A DNA stretch of 64,000 bases, from contig NZ_JAYGFK010000022.1 in NCBI RefSeq assembly GCF_046581935.1, positions 2,540-66,539 of the forward strand. The letters are read 5' to 3'. Shown in pieces: positions 47,041 through 59,042 of this stretch. Each line of letters opens with the position of its first letter. Positions within the stretch are counted from its first letter, which is position 1. A program made the translations under genes and the position numbers. This DNA is from Pseudomonas sp. Lineage in GTDB: Bacteria > Pseudomonadota > Gammaproteobacteria > Pseudomonadales > Pseudomonadaceae. The notes below the pieces were generated by a model. That model saw nothing but the letters and a program-made list of their open reading frames with translations, did no database searches and had not been told where the DNA came from.

Positions 47041-47816
47041 AGGCTGTCCTTGGTCTTGGCTTCAGTGCGGGCCATGCGCGCGCCGAGGGCTACCTGCCAG
47101 CGTTTGGGCAGGCAGCCAAGCAATTTGAGAATGGCGATAAAGGGGCCGGGAAAGGCGATTTCAAAAGGCTGGGCTGCCAGGCGCTCGGCGATATAGCGGG
47201 CGGCTTTATCCACCGGCCAGCGCATGGGCATGGGGAAGTCGTTTTTCTGCGTCAGTGGCGTGTCGACAAAACCGGGGCTGACCAGGGTGACGGCAATATT
47301 CTCGGCGCGCAGGTCGATGCGCAGCGCTTCCATCAAGTAGCGTATGGCGGCCTTGGAGGCACCGTAGGCCTCGGCGCGCGGCAGCGGCATAAAGGTTACC
47401 GAGCTGCCTACGCCGACCAGATGCGGGCGATGGCCCAAGCGCAGCAAGGGCAGGGCGGCTTCGATGCAGTAGCTTGTAGAGAGCACGTTGGCGCGTATCA
47501 CCCGCTCGACCATCGCCGCTTCAAAGGCTTTGACCTCGACATATTCGCAGGTGCCGGCATTGAGGATGGCGCAATCCAGGGCGCCCCAGACCTGCGCAAT
47601 GTGCTCGCCGATGGCCTGTACTTGCGTCGCATCGCTGAGATCACCGGCGACCACCAATACCTGCTGCGGATAGCGTTTGGCCAGGTCCTGCAAGGCCTCA
47701 AGGGTGCGCGCACTGATTGCCAGGCGATGACCTTGTTGCAGCAGTTGTTCGGCCAGTGCAGCGCCGATACCGCTACTGGCTCCAGTGAGCCAGATCCGTC
47801 GTGCGTTCGCGTTCAT
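47037..47816 (-). CDS. SDR-family oxidoreductase
   Basis: TGASSGIG, NAG, YGASK. Confidence 0.92.
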   Translation of the reverse strand: MNANARRIWLTGASSGIGAALAEQLLQQGHRLAISARTLEALQDLAKRYPQQVLVVAGDLSDATQVQAIGEHIAQVWGALDCAILNAGTCEYVEVKAFEAAMVERVIRANVLSTSYCIEAALPLLRLGHRPHLVGVGSSVTFMPLPRAEAYGASKAAIRYLMEALRIDLRAENIAVTLVSPGFVDTPLTQKNDFPMPMRWPVDKAARYIAERLAAQPFEIAFPGPFIAILKLLGCLPKRWQVALGARMARTEAKTKDSL

Positions 47817-48235
47817 GCCAATCTCCGTTTTAGCCAGCGAATTACCGATCCGAGCACGGGCAGGTGCTCATAGAGCAGGCTGCCAGCGTCGAAGTAGTCA
47901 CGGTGACGATAGACCTTGCTGTGCCATAGCAGGTGCGAGCAGCCCTCCACGCGGATCAATTGACCTTTAGCCAGGCGTGGGTGGCGGTAGCTCATGGTCC
48001 AGCGCAGGTAGCCTTCACCCTCGCGCACTTGGTCAAAACCATAGAAGTCGAAGCGCAGTTCGCTGACGTTGGCGTACATCTCGGCGAAGTAGCGCTGCAT
48101 ATTGGCCAGCCCGCGTACTTCATGCAGTGGGTCGCAAAACAGCGCGTCGTCGCTGTAGAGCTGGCCCAGGCGGTCGAGGTTATTTTTATTCAGCCCGGCA
48201 AAGTCCTGGGCGAATTGACGCAGGAAGTCGCTCAT
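47813..48235 (-). CDS. NTF2/SnoaL-like protein
   Basis: FCDPLHEVRG, HRDYFDAG. Confidence 0.85.
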   Translation of the reverse strand: MSDFLRQFAQDFAGLNKNNLDRLGQLYSDDALFCDPLHEVRGLANMQRYFAEMYANVSELRFDFYGFDQVREGEGYLRWTMSYRHPRLAKGQLIRVEGCSHLLWHSKVYRHRDYFDAGSLLYEHLPVLGSVIRWLKRRLA

Positions 48236-49674
48236 AGCGCCTCCGTACCCGCAAAGTGCGGCAGGCTCTTGAACGCGGCCAGTGCACGTGTGCGGCTCTT
48301 GCTCAGGTCGACAATCGGCGTGGCGTAGTCGGCAATGCCGAACAAGCCGCCCATGGCCGCCGGGTTATGAATATTGGTTTTGTTCAGGCCCACCAGCTCC
48401 GGCAGCCACTGGCGGATAAAGCGGCCGTCCGGGTCGAACTTCTGCGACTGGCTAAGCGGGTTGAAAATACGGAAGTAGGGCGCTGAGTCGGTGCCGGTGG
48501 ATGAGCTCCATTGCCAGCCACCATTATTCGCCGCCAAATCACCGTCGATCAGGTGACGCATAAAAAAGCGCTCGCCTTCACGCCAGTCGATCAGCAGGTT
48601 CTTGGTCAGAAACATCGCCACGATCATCCGTAGACGGTTGTGCATCCAGCCGGTGGCCAGCAGTTGGCGCATCGCCGCATCAATAATCGGAAAGCCCGTA
48701 CGGCCTTCTTGCCAGGCTTTCAGTTCCAGTGGCGCGTTACGCCAGGCCAGCGCCTCGGTTTCCGGGCGGAAGGCGCGGTGCATAGACACGCGCGGGTAGC
48801 CGACCAGAATGTGCTTGTAGAACTCGCGCCAAAGCAGCTCGTTAATCCAGGTCACCACGCCGACATTGCCGCTGTCGAATTCGCCCTGATTGGCGGCCAG
48901 CGCGGCATGCAAGCATTGGCGTGGCGAGATAACACCGGCAGCCAGGTAGGCCGAGAGCTGGCTGGTGCCGGGCTTGGCCGGAAGGTCGCGGGCCGTTTGG
49001 TAGAAGTCGATCTGCTCTGCGGCGAAGTCATCCATGCGCCGCTGCGCCTCGGCTTCACCGGCCGGCCAGAGCTGTCGCAGAGTTTCACTGGGTGTAGAAA
49101 AGCCAGCGATCTGCTCGGGAACGACATCGCCAGTGATCGCCAGCGATGCCTGCGTCTTGGGTGTGGCGACCCGCGCCGGCAGGGCCGTGTGCAGGCGCTG
49201 ATAGCAGACCTTACGGAATTGGCTGTAGACCTGGAAGTACGTGCCGGATTTGGTCAGCACGCTGCCGGGTTTGAAGAACAGCTGGTCCAGATGGCTATTG
49301 AAATTGCCCCCTATTCCATCCAGCGCATTGGCCACGGCCTGGTCGCGACGGCTTTCGTGCACGCCGTACTCTTCGTTGACCTGCACGGCGCTGATTTGCA
49401 GTTGTTGACACAGCTCCGCGATGACCTGCGGTGCGGCGCTCCAGTCGTCAGCCTCACGTAGCAACAGCGGTACATTTAGCTTGCCCAGTTCGGTGGCCAG
49501 CTCCTTGAGGTTACGCAGCCAGAAATCGACTTTGCTCGGCGCATCGTCATGCATCAGCCACTGCCCGGGGCTGATCAGATACAGCGCCACAGTCGGGCCG
49601 CTGGCCATGGCGGCGGCCAGGGCACTGTTGTCTTGTACCCGCAGGTCGGTGCGGAACCACATCAATTGCAGCAT
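48232..49674 (-). CDS. phrB: Deoxyribodipyrimidine photolyase
   Basis: WFRTDLRVQDN, TSQLSAYL, GWMHNRLRM, NNGGWQW. Start ATG at 49674. Confidence 0.96.
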   Translation of the reverse strand: MLQLMWFRTDLRVQDNSALAAAMASGPTVALYLISPGQWLMHDDAPSKVDFWLRNLKELATELGKLNVPLLLREADDWSAAPQVIAELCQQLQISAVQVNEEYGVHESRRDQAVANALDGIGGNFNSHLDQLFFKPGSVLTKSGTYFQVYSQFRKVCYQRLHTALPARVATPKTQASLAITGDVVPEQIAGFSTPSETLRQLWPAGEAEAQRRMDDFAAEQIDFYQTARDLPAKPGTSQLSAYLAAGVISPRQCLHAALAANQGEFDSGNVGVVTWINELLWREFYKHILVGYPRVSMHRAFRPETEALAWRNAPLELKAWQEGRTGFPIIDAAMRQLLATGWMHNRLRMIVAMFLTKNLLIDWREGERFFMRHLIDGDLAANNGGWQWSSSTGTDSAPYFRIFNPLSQSQKFDPDGRFIRQWLPELVGLNKTNIHNPAAMGGLFGIADYATPIVDLSKSRTRALAAFKSLPHFAGTEAL

Positions 49675-49685
49675 GTTGAATCCTG

Positions 49686-50627
49686 TCAGCTGTGCAGCAG
49701 ATCGAGTTCGTTGAGGCTGTGCAGTGCCGCCAATGGGTCGGCGGCCAGGCTCAATTCGGCGTTCTGGACGGTTATGCCGGCTAATTCGTCGGCGTGGATC
49801 TGCACCACTTGCCCGACCAGCAGGCATGGGCAGTCATAACCACCGAGCAGGCGCTGCAGGTGGCTGCTGTTAAGAGCTTGGCTGGAATACAGCAGCACCG
49901 CGCGTGGCTGAATGTGCTCAACCGCCAGAGCCAGTTCGGGCGGCGGTAGCGGCCAGTCGAATACGTCGACGGCAATCCCGGCGCTGCTCGCCAGCCAGGC
50001 GGTCAGCCACAAGCCGGGGGCCATGGGCAGGTCGGACGCGTTGATCAGGAGCAGCGGCGCGCCGCTGGCCTGACGGTTGTTGTGATACAGGCGGGCACCG
50101 AGCTTGCTGCGCAGCCAGGAGTAGAAGAACACTCGCTCAGCTTGCGCACCGAACTGATTGCGCCAGCGCAACTCAAGCTCTTCGAGCAGCGGCAGCAGCA
50201 GTTGCTGGCATAGGGTATGCGGCGGGTAGAGCGCCAATTCACTGTTGAAACAATCGTCGAGGCGACGCTCGTTAAGGTTGCAGATGGCTTCCTGTAATTG
50301 CTGGCGCTTGGCCTCCCATTGCGAGCTGGCTTCAGCCGGTGCGGGCTGGTTGCTGCGCAGCAAGCCTTTTACCTGGCTGACGGATACGCCGCGATTGAGC
50401 CAGGTGAGAATGGCCTGGATGCGCGCCACATGGTCATCCGAGTACAGCCTATGACCCTTGGGCGTACGGTGCGGCACGATCAAACCATAGCGCCGCTCCC
50501 ACGCGCGCAGGGTAACCGCGTTGACCCCGGTGATCCTTGCCACATCACGGATCGGCATAAAGCCTTGGGAGATGGCCGCCTGGTAATCGTCGGCGGCAGC
50601 GCCCTCGCTGATCGGTTGCGGGCTCAT
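49686..50627 (-). CDS. MerR-family light-responsive regulator (class II LitR/PplR-like)
   Basis: TLRAWERRYGLI...GHRLY MerR HTH. CarH-like C-terminal part lacks the ExHxxG cobalamin motif. Upstream of phrB. Confidence 0.8.
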   Translation of the reverse strand: MSPQPISEGAAADDYQAAISQGFMPIRDVARITGVNAVTLRAWERRYGLIVPHRTPKGHRLYSDDHVARIQAILTWLNRGVSVSQVKGLLRSNQPAPAEASSQWEAKRQQLQEAICNLNERRLDDCFNSELALYPPHTLCQQLLLPLLEELELRWRNQFGAQAERVFFYSWLRSKLGARLYHNNRQASGAPLLLINASDLPMAPGLWLTAWLASSAGIAVDVFDWPLPPPELALAVEHIQPRAVLLYSSQALNSSHLQRLLGGYDCPCLLVGQVVQIHADELAGITVQNAELSLAADPLAALHSLNELDLLHS

Positions 50628-51589
50628 AGGGCGTTACGCAGGCTGAGGCTTTCCGGGTGCGGCTGCAGGTACACCTGTTGCGCGATGTAGCTGTCTGGAT
50701 GGCGGCGGAAGTGGTGCTTGAGCAGGGTCATGGGCACCACCAGCGGCACCACGCCGTGGCGGTATTGGCCGATCAGTTGCTGCATTTCCTGTTTGTCTTC
50801 GCTGCTTAGCGATTGCTTGAGGTAGCCGCTGATGTGCTGCAACACGTTGCTGTGGGTGCGGCGGGTGGCGCAGCTTTTCAGCGCGCTCATCAGCTCGCTG
50901 AAATAGCGTGGGGCCAGCTCATTCAGGTCATGTTGGCCGAGGTCACCGAGCATGCGCCCGAGCAGCTTGTACTGCAGAGGGTTGGTGGCCATCAGCAGGT
51001 ATTTGTAGCGCGAGTGGAAGTCGATCAGGCGCTTGCGGCTCAAGCCCTCGCGCAGTAGCTGTTGCCACTCGGAGTAGGCGAATACACGGGTGATGAAGTT
51101 CTCGCGCAGGACCGGGTCATTCAGGCGGCCATCTTCTTCCACCGGCAGATTGGGGTGCTTGGCGCAGAAGGCTTCGGCAAAGATGCCGCGCCCTGGTTCG
51201 CTGGGCCGGCCGTTGTCTTGATAGACCTTGACCCGGTGCAGGCCGCAGGACGGTGACTGCTGCATAAAAATGTAGCCGCAAATATCCGTTAGCTCGGCGG
51301 CCATGCGCTCGCCATAAGCTGTTAGTGGTGCGGTGACATCCTGTTCACGGTTGACTGCGCCGACAGCGCGCGGCGCGTGCGGGTCGCCGACTAGGCGAAT
51401 GGGCTCTCGCGGGATGCTCATGCCGATGCCCACTTCCGGGCAAACGGGGGCGAAGTCGAAATACTCGGTAAGGGTGCGGCTGCACAGGCGGGATTCCTTG
51501 TGGCCGCCGTTGTAGCGTACCTCGGAACCCAGCAGGCAGGCGCTGATGCCCAGTTTAGGTTTGCCAGTGGTGGTTTGTGTTGGGCTCAT
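50624..51589 (-). CDS. YbgA-family (DUF523/DUF1722) protein
   Basis: ISACLLG..VRYNGGH, VCPEVGIG, SPSCG, LPVEEDGRL. Confidence 0.9.
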   Translation of the reverse strand: MSPTQTTTGKPKLGISACLLGSEVRYNGGHKESRLCSRTLTEYFDFAPVCPEVGIGMSIPREPIRLVGDPHAPRAVGAVNREQDVTAPLTAYGERMAAELTDICGYIFMQQSPSCGLHRVKVYQDNGRPSEPGRGIFAEAFCAKHPNLPVEEDGRLNDPVLRENFITRVFAYSEWQQLLREGLSRKRLIDFHSRYKYLLMATNPLQYKLLGRMLGDLGQHDLNELAPRYFSELMSALKSCATRRTHSNVLQHISGYLKQSLSSEDKQEMQQLIGQYRHGVVPLVVPMTLLKHHFRRHPDSYIAQQVYLQPHPESLSLRNAL

Positions 51590-51610
51590 GGGCAACCTCT
51601 GATGACGACT

Positions 51611-51634
51611 TGTACAGATCCGTATGGATGTACA
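51611..51634. promoter_or_regulatory. LitR/PplR-type operator box 1
   Basis: TGTACA-N12-TGTACA exact. Confidence 0.75.
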
Positions 51635-51660
51635 ACTTGAGTTCATCATAGGTTTGTAAT

Positions 51661-51684
51661 TGTACAAGTCAATATATTTGTACA
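51661..51684. promoter_or_regulatory. LitR/PplR-type operator box 2
   Basis: TGTACA-N12-TGTACA exact. Confidence 0.75.
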
Positions 51685-51713
51685 ACTACTGTATGGCTTT
51701 GTGTATGAGGCTG

Positions 51714-52951
<1,238 letters not shown>

Positions 52952-52994
52952 TTACCTCGTTTTCTCAGCGTCAGGCTACGCTTTAGACAAAAGC

Positions 52995-53018
52995 TATACA
53001 ATATTGAATTTTTGTATA
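52995..53018. promoter_or_regulatory. LitR/PplR-type operator box 3 in a divergent promoter
   Basis: TATACA-N12-TGTATA, fitting T(G/A)TACA-N12-TGTA(C/T)A. Confidence 0.7.
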
Positions 53019-53141
53019 GGATGTGTCGTTGTCGATACTGCCTACTCACAGTTAAGACAACCTACGGCCGGATTGAAGCCATAAATGGCATAAATCAGTC
53101 GGCTGCTGCGTACCATGCAACAGTCATGCGAGGGCAATCTG

Positions 53142-54047
53142 ATGCACATACTTCTGACTGGCGGCACCGGCTTGATTGGGCGTGCGCTGTGCCGGTATTG
53201 GCTGCAACAGGGTCACCAACTGACCGTATGGAGCCGCCGCCCTGAACAGGTTGCTGCGCTGTGTGGCGAAGCGGTGCGTGGTATTGCTCGGCTTGAAGAG
53301 TTGGCCGAGGAGCCGCTGGATGCGCTGGTTAACCTGGCCGGTGCGCCGATTGCCGACCGGCACTGGACGCGCAAACGCAAAGCGCTGTTATGGGCCAGCC
53401 GAATTACCCTTACCGAACAGTTGCTGACATGGCTAGAGAGCCGTGAACAGAAGCCTGCCGTGTTGCTGTCCGGTTCGGCGGTGGGCTGGTACGGCGATGG
53501 CGGCGAGCGTGAATTGTTGGAGGATTCACCGCCGGTCAGCGAGGATTTCGCCGCCCAGCTCTGTGGTGCCTGGGAGGAAACGGCGCTGTGTGCCGAAGCG
53601 CTGGGCATTCGCGTGGTGCTGCTGCGCACCGGGCTGGTGCTGGCACCTGACGGCGGCTTTCTCAAGCGCCTGTTATTACCGTTCAAACTTGGTCTGGGTG
53701 GCCCGCTCGGCAATGGCCGGCAATGGATGCCGTGGATTCACATTGCCGATCAAATCGCTTTGATTGATTTTCTCCTGCAGCAGCAGGATGCTCGCGGTCC
53801 TTATAATGCCTGTGCGCCGACCCCTGAGCGTAACCGCGCCTTTAGTCAGGCGTTGGGCCGCGAGTTGCACCGGCCGGCGTTTATGCGCGCCCCCGCGTTT
53901 GTTCTGCGCCTGGCGCTGGGCGAGTTAGCGGTGCTGTTACTCGGTGGGCAGCGCGCCTTGCCGGCGCGTTTGCAGGCGGCAGGCTTCAGTTTTCGTTTCA
54001 CTCATTTGGATGTGGCCCTGGCGGATTTGCTGGGCACGCCTGACTAG
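53142..54047 (+). CDS. TIGR01777-family NAD-dependent epimerase/oxidoreductase
   Basis: [39 protein letters not shown]. Confidence 0.92.
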   Translation: MHILLTGGTGLIGRALCRYWLQQGHQLTVWSRRPEQVAALCGEAVRGIARLEELAEEPLDALVNLAGAPIADRHWTRKRKALLWASRITLTEQLLTWLESREQKPAVLLSGSAVGWYGDGGERELLEDSPPVSEDFAAQLCGAWEETALCAEALGIRVVLLRTGLVLAPDGGFLKRLLLPFKLGLGGPLGNGRQWMPWIHIADQIALIDFLLQQQDARGPYNACAPTPERNRAFSQALGRELHRPAFMRAPAFVLRLALGELAVLLLGGQRALPARLQAAGFSFRFTHLDVALADLLGTPD

Positions 54048-54055
54048 GATTACGC

Positions 54056-55078
54056 ATGACCGATCACGCCTTGTTACTGGTAAATCTGGGCTCGCCGGCC
54101 TCCACTTCCGTGGCGAATGTGCGCAGCTATCTCAACCAGTTCCTTATGGACCCTTATGTCATCGATGTGCCATGGCCGCTGCGCCGACTGATCGTTTCGC
54201 TGATTCTGATCAAGCGTCCGGCAGCATCGGCACATGCCTATGCCTCGATCTGGTGGGATGAGGGCTCGCCGTTGGTGGTGCTGAGCAAGCGCTTGCAAGA
54301 GTCGATGAAGGCGTCCTGGAAGCACGGCCCGGTGGAGCTGGCCATGCGTTATGGCGAGCCATCACTGCAAACCGTGCTGACCCGTCTGGCCGCGCAGGGG
54401 ATCAAGCAGGTGACCCTGGCACCGCTATATCCGCAGTTTGCCGACAGCACCACCACCACGGTGATCGAGGAGGCCAAGCGGGTGGTGCGTGAGCACAAGC
54501 TGCCAATCCGCTTCTCCATCCTGCCGCCGTTCTATGCGCAGCCGGAATATGTCGAGGCACTGGTCGACAGCGCCAAGCCGTATTTAGAGCAGGATTTCGA
54601 CCACCTGCTACTGAGCTTTCACGGCCTGCCAGAGCGTCACCTGCACAAGCTCGACCCCACAGGCCATTGCCTGAAAGGCGCGGATTGCTGCCGCACGGCC
54701 TCGCCAGAGGTGTTGGCCAACTGTTATCGCGCACAATGCCTGCGCAGTGCCGAGCTGTTCGCCCAAGGTATGGGGCTCAAACCTGAGCAATGGTCGGTGT
54801 CGTTTCAGTCGCGCCTGGGCCGCGCCAAGTGGATTGAACCCTACACCGAGGCGCGTCTTGAAGAGCTGGCAGCCAAGGGCGTGAAGAAGCTGTTAGTCAT
54901 GTGCCCGGCCTTTGTCGCCGACTGCATCGAGACGCTGGAAGAAATTGGCGACCGTGGCCGCGAGCAGTTTGTCGAAGCTGGCGGTGAGAGTCTGCAGCTA
55001 GTGCCGTGCCTGAATGATCATCCAAGCTGGGTGGCGGCGTTGACTGTCCTCAGTGAGCGTGCGCCGCTGATGCTTTAG
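54056..55078 (+). CDS. hemH: Ferrochelatase
   Basis: [32 protein letters not shown]. Confidence 0.96.
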   Translation: MTDHALLLVNLGSPASTSVANVRSYLNQFLMDPYVIDVPWPLRRLIVSLILIKRPAASAHAYASIWWDEGSPLVVLSKRLQESMKASWKHGPVELAMRYGEPSLQTVLTRLAAQGIKQVTLAPLYPQFADSTTTTVIEEAKRVVREHKLPIRFSILPPFYAQPEYVEALVDSAKPYLEQDFDHLLLSFHGLPERHLHKLDPTGHCLKGADCCRTASPEVLANCYRAQCLRSAELFAQGMGLKPEQWSVSFQSRLGRAKWIEPYTEARLEELAAKGVKKLLVMCPAFVADCIETLEEIGDRGREQFVEAGGESLQLVPCLNDHPSWVAALTVLSERAPLML

Positions 55079-55234
55079 CCGAATAGTGCGCTGCTGTCAT
55101 TCGCTCGAAAGGATGGTGCGCATTCGTCAAACTGATAACACCTACGGGCGATACTCATTGTTCTGTATATCGGCCTAAGCTGGCAGCTCTTTCAACCGTC
55201 GTGCACCGCACTCCCGGTGCCGAGGAGACTGCCA

Positions 55235-56566
55235 GTGCCCAACAACAATAACGGCTATCCCTCTTCCGCCCGCGCCTGGGCTACTGTCGCCATCTTGATG
55301 GTGGCTTACATACTGTCGTTTATCGACCGGCAGATTCTCAATCTGCTGGTGGGGCCGATCCGCCGTGACCTGATGATCAGCGATACGCAGATGAGCCTGT
55401 TGATGGGTTTGTCGTTTGCCATGTTCTACACCGTCTGCGGGATTCCGCTGGGGCGTTTGGCGGATACCAAGAGCCGGCGTGGGCTGATCGCCATCGGCGT
55501 ACTGTTTTGGAGTGCGGCGACAGCGGCCTGCGGTATGGCCAAGTTGTACTGGCAATTCCTGCTGTGCCGTATTGGCGTGGGTGTGGGGGAAGCGGCGTTG
55601 TCGCCAGCGGCTTATTCGCTGATTGCCGACAGCTTTCCGGCCGAGCGTCGCGCCACGGCGATCAGTGTGTATTCCATGGGTGTGTATCTCGGCTCTGGTC
55701 TGGCCTTTTTGCTCGGCGGCCTGGTGATTAAGTTCGCCTCGGCGCAGGGTGATGTAGTGCTGCCGGTGCTCGGTGAAGTACGTCCCTGGCAGCTGATCTT
55801 TCTCGCACTTGGCGCTGCTGGGGTGTTGTTCACCTTACTCATGCTGGCCGTCAAAGAGCCTGCGCGACGTGGCGTTGGTGCTGGGGTGGCCGTGCCGCTG
55901 GCCGAGGTTGGGCGCTATATCCGCGCCAACCGGCGCACCGTGCTGTGTCATAACTTTGGTTTTGCCGGGCTGGCGTTCGCGGGTTATGGCAGTGCGGCGT
56001 GGGTGCCGACCTTCTTTATTCGCACTTACGGCTGGGATGCTGGGCATGTCGGCGTGGTTTACGGCAGCATCGTTGCGGTATTTGGTTGCCTGGGTATCGT
56101 CTTTGGTGGCCGTTTGGCGGACTGGATGGCCAAGCGCGGCAGCAGTGATGCCAATATGCGCGTCGGCTTGTATGCCGCTATTGGCGCTGCGCCTTGTGTG
56201 TTGGCATTCCCGCTGATGGACAGCGCGCTGTTGGCGGCGGTGTTAATGGCGCCAACAGTGTTCTTCCTGAGCATGCCGTTCGGCGTGGCCCCGGCCGCCA
56301 TTCAGGAGATCATGCCCAACTCAATGCGTGGCCAGGCCTCGGCGATCTATCTGTTTGTCATCACCCTGATCGGCCTGGGCATTGGCCCAACGGCGGTGGC
56401 CTTGGTGACTGACTACGTATTTGCCGATGACAATGCGCTGCGTTATTCGCTGCTGATTGTTACGGCGCTGGCAGTGTTCAGCTCGATTGTGCTGCTGAGC
56501 ATGGGGCTGAAGCCGTACCGCGAGAGTGTGCTGCGGTTGCAGGGGTGGGCGGCTAACGCTGTCTAA
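55235..56566 (+). CDS. MFS transporter (spinster-like)
   Basis: GTG start after GAGGAG. SFIDRQIL, GRLADTKSRR, RIGVGVGEAAL. Confidence 0.9.
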   Translation: MPNNNNGYPSSARAWATVAILMVAYILSFIDRQILNLLVGPIRRDLMISDTQMSLLMGLSFAMFYTVCGIPLGRLADTKSRRGLIAIGVLFWSAATAACGMAKLYWQFLLCRIGVGVGEAALSPAAYSLIADSFPAERRATAISVYSMGVYLGSGLAFLLGGLVIKFASAQGDVVLPVLGEVRPWQLIFLALGAAGVLFTLLMLAVKEPARRGVGAGVAVPLAEVGRYIRANRRTVLCHNFGFAGLAFAGYGSAAWVPTFFIRTYGWDAGHVGVVYGSIVAVFGCLGIVFGGRLADWMAKRGSSDANMRVGLYAAIGAAPCVLAFPLMDSALLAAVLMAPTVFFLSMPFGVAPAAIQEIMPNSMRGQASAIYLFVITLIGLGIGPTAVALVTDYVFADDNALRYSLLIVTALAVFSSIVLLSMGLKPYRESVLRLQGWAANAV

Positions 56567-56581
56567 GAATGTCAGCGAGAT

Positions 56582-56609
56582 AAAAAAGCCCCGCAGTGCG
56601 GGGCTTTTT
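56582..56609. terminator. Bidirectional intrinsic terminator
   Basis: AAAAAAGCCCCGC-agt-GCGGGGCTTTTT. Confidence 0.88.
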
Positions 56610-56621
56610 CGTGGGCGCTAT

Positions 56622-57890
56622 TTACAGGTCTGGCTCTTCCAGCACGGTTTTGCTGCGCCAGCCTTGGCCGCCGGGTAGCAGCATATTGAGCAGCAGGGCG
56701 GCGATGGCGCACAGCGAAATGCCGGAGAGGGCGAAGTCACTGTTACCAATCACCATACCGCCGATGCCGAACACCAAAGTGACCGAGACGATGATCAGGT
56801 TGCGCGCCTCGGACAGGTCAACCTGATGGCGAATCAGGGTATTCAAACCGACCACCGCGATAGAGCCGAACAGTAGGCAAAGAATGCCGCCCATGACCGG
56901 CACGGGGATGCTCTGAAGCGCGGTGCCGAACTTACCGACAAAGGCCAGGCCGATGGCAAAGCAGGCTGCCCAGGTCATGACCTTCGGGTTGTAGTTCTTG
57001 GTCAGCATGACTGCGCCAGTGACTTCCGCGTAGGTGGTGTTGGGTGGGCCGCCGAACATCCCCGCCACCGAGGTGGCGATGCCGTCGCCGAGCAGGGTGC
57101 GATGCAGGCCGGGTTTCTTGATAAAGTTTTTCCCGGTAACGCTGCCGATTGCCACTACGCCGCCGATATGTTCGATGGCTGGAGCCAGGGCGACCGGGAC
57201 GATGTACAGAATCGCGCCCCAGTGCAGTTCCGGGGTGACAAATGCTGGAATCGCCAGCCAGGGCGCGGCGGCGATGTGGCTGGTGTCGATTACCCCGCAG
57301 AACGCGGCGACAATGCAGCCAACGCTGATCCCCGCGAGGATTGGCACCAAACGCAGCAGTCCACGACCCATGGCAGCGACCAATACCGTGGTGAGCAGGG
57401 CCGACATGGAAATAAGCATGGCGGTTTGGTACGGCACCAACTGCGCGCTACCGTCGCCAGCCTTGCCCATGGCCATGTTCACCGCTACGGGCGAAAGCGC
57501 CAGGCCGATGGAGATGATCACCGGGGCGATGACCACGGGAGGCAGCAGACGGTCGATAAAGCCCGCGCCTTTGACCCTTACCACCATGCTGAGCAGGATG
57601 TAGACCAAACCTGAGGCGACGATGCCACCGAGTACGGCAGGCAGACCGAACTCGCCTTTGGCAGCAAGAATTGGCGCGATAAAGGCAAAGCTGGAGGCGA
57701 GGAACACCGGCACCTGACGGCCCGTCACCAGTTGGAACAGCAGGGTGCCGATGCCGGCGGTAAACAGTGCAACGTTAGGGTCCATGCCGGTGATCAGCGG
57801 CATTAGCACCAGGGCACCAAAGGCCACGAACAACATCTGCGCGCCTGAGATGCCCTGACGCCAGAGTGGATCGTTGAATTCGTCGGTCAT
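56622..57890 (-). CDS. uraA: Uracil/xanthine permease
   Basis: QMLFVAFGA, SSFAF, PNTTYAE NAT signature; downstream of upp. Confidence 0.92.
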   Translation of the reverse strand: MTDEFNDPLWRQGISGAQMLFVAFGALVLMPLITGMDPNVALFTAGIGTLLFQLVTGRQVPVFLASSFAFIAPILAAKGEFGLPAVLGGIVASGLVYILLSMVVRVKGAGFIDRLLPPVVIAPVIISIGLALSPVAVNMAMGKAGDGSAQLVPYQTAMLISMSALLTTVLVAAMGRGLLRLVPILAGISVGCIVAAFCGVIDTSHIAAAPWLAIPAFVTPELHWGAILYIVPVALAPAIEHIGGVVAIGSVTGKNFIKKPGLHRTLLGDGIATSVAGMFGGPPNTTYAEVTGAVMLTKNYNPKVMTWAACFAIGLAFVGKFGTALQSIPVPVMGGILCLLFGSIAVVGLNTLIRHQVDLSEARNLIIVSVTLVFGIGGMVIGNSDFALSGISLCAIAALLLNMLLPGGQGWRSKTVLEEPDL

Positions 57891-57928
57891 GTGGGTCTGT
57901 TCCTGTTTCATTAGTGAGCCGCGTTGCC

Positions 57929-58121
57929 GCGAGAAATGGCCCCCGGTTAGGCGCAGGACGCGGGTAATGGCGCGCCCTTGCTAAGTCCTGCAACAACAGC
58001 GGGGACCATTTCTCGCGCAACCTGCAGGGCCGTGCCTGTTTTAGTGCGATGCTACGTTTCTCAACACTCATTTGGAGCACCAAACTTCGTGTCTCGCGCC
58101 TTGCCTCGCACTAAAACAGGC
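57929..58121. repeat. Double-hairpin palindromic intergenic element between upp and uraA
   Basis: IR1 57929-57944 / 58001-58016 (near-perfect). IR2 58034-58049 / 58106-58121 (16 bp perfect). Confidence 0.65.
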
Positions 58122-58155
58122 TTCGGCGCGGCCACGAATGAAGCGGGAGCAGACC

Positions 58156-58794
58156 CTAGGCGTCCTTCTGCTTGGTGCCGAAGATTTTGTCGCCGGCATC
58201 ACCGAGGCCAGGAATGATGTAGCCATGCTCGTTCAGGCATTGGTCGATGGACGCGGTATAAATCATCACGTCGGGGTGCGCATCGTGGACTGCCTTAATG
58301 CCTTCCGGCGCGGCGACCAGCACCATCGCGCGGATTTCCTTGCAGCCGGCTTTTTTCAGCAGGTCGATGGTGGCGACCATCGAGCCGCCAGTGGCAAGCA
58401 TCGGGTCGATGATCATCGCCAGGCGCTCGTCGATTTCCGGCACCAGTTTTTCCAGGTAGGTGTGCGCTTGCAGGGTTTCTTCATTGCGCGCCACGCCAAC
58501 GGCGCTGACCTTGGCCCCGGGGATCAGGCTGAGCACGCCTTCGAGCATGCCGATGCCCGCACGCAGGATCGGTACCACGGTGATTTTCTTGCCGGAGATT
58601 TTTTCCACCTGCACGGTGCCGCACCAGCCTTCGATCTCGTAGTTCTCCAGGGGCAGGTCTTTGGTCGCCTCATAGGTCAGCAGCGAACCCACTTCCTGAG
58701 CCAGCTCGCGAAAGTTTTTCGTGCTGATATCGGCGCGGCGCATCAGGCCGAGTTTGTGGCGGATCAGCGGGTGGCGGATCTCGAGGATGGGCAT
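58156..58794 (-). CDS. upp: Uracil phosphoribosyltransferase
   Basis: [34 protein letters not shown]. Confidence 0.97.
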   Translation of the reverse strand: MPILEIRHPLIRHKLGLMRRADISTKNFRELAQEVGSLLTYEATKDLPLENYEIEGWCGTVQVEKISGKKITVVPILRAGIGMLEGVLSLIPGAKVSAVGVARNEETLQAHTYLEKLVPEIDERLAMIIDPMLATGGSMVATIDLLKKAGCKEIRAMVLVAAPEGIKAVHDAHPDVMIYTASIDQCLNEHGYIIPGLGDAGDKIFGTKQKDA

Positions 58795-59042
58795 GGGCGG
58801 GGTCTCCGGCAGGACGGGCGAAAAATTCGCGTTAGATTAAATCATTGGCCATGCCAAGTGCTGGGCCAAGATGGCTTAAATTCGCTAAAAAGCGCTAGTG
58901 TGGCGACCATTTCCAGCAATTGCCGCTGTTGGTCTGTATGGGCTTGCTCTACGGGATGCAGATGCGTACCTTTGCCGGCTTTTATTTTGACGCATCGATC
59001 AGCTTTTTGGTCTAAAGCGTCCCGCTCCCAAGAGGAAACAAC

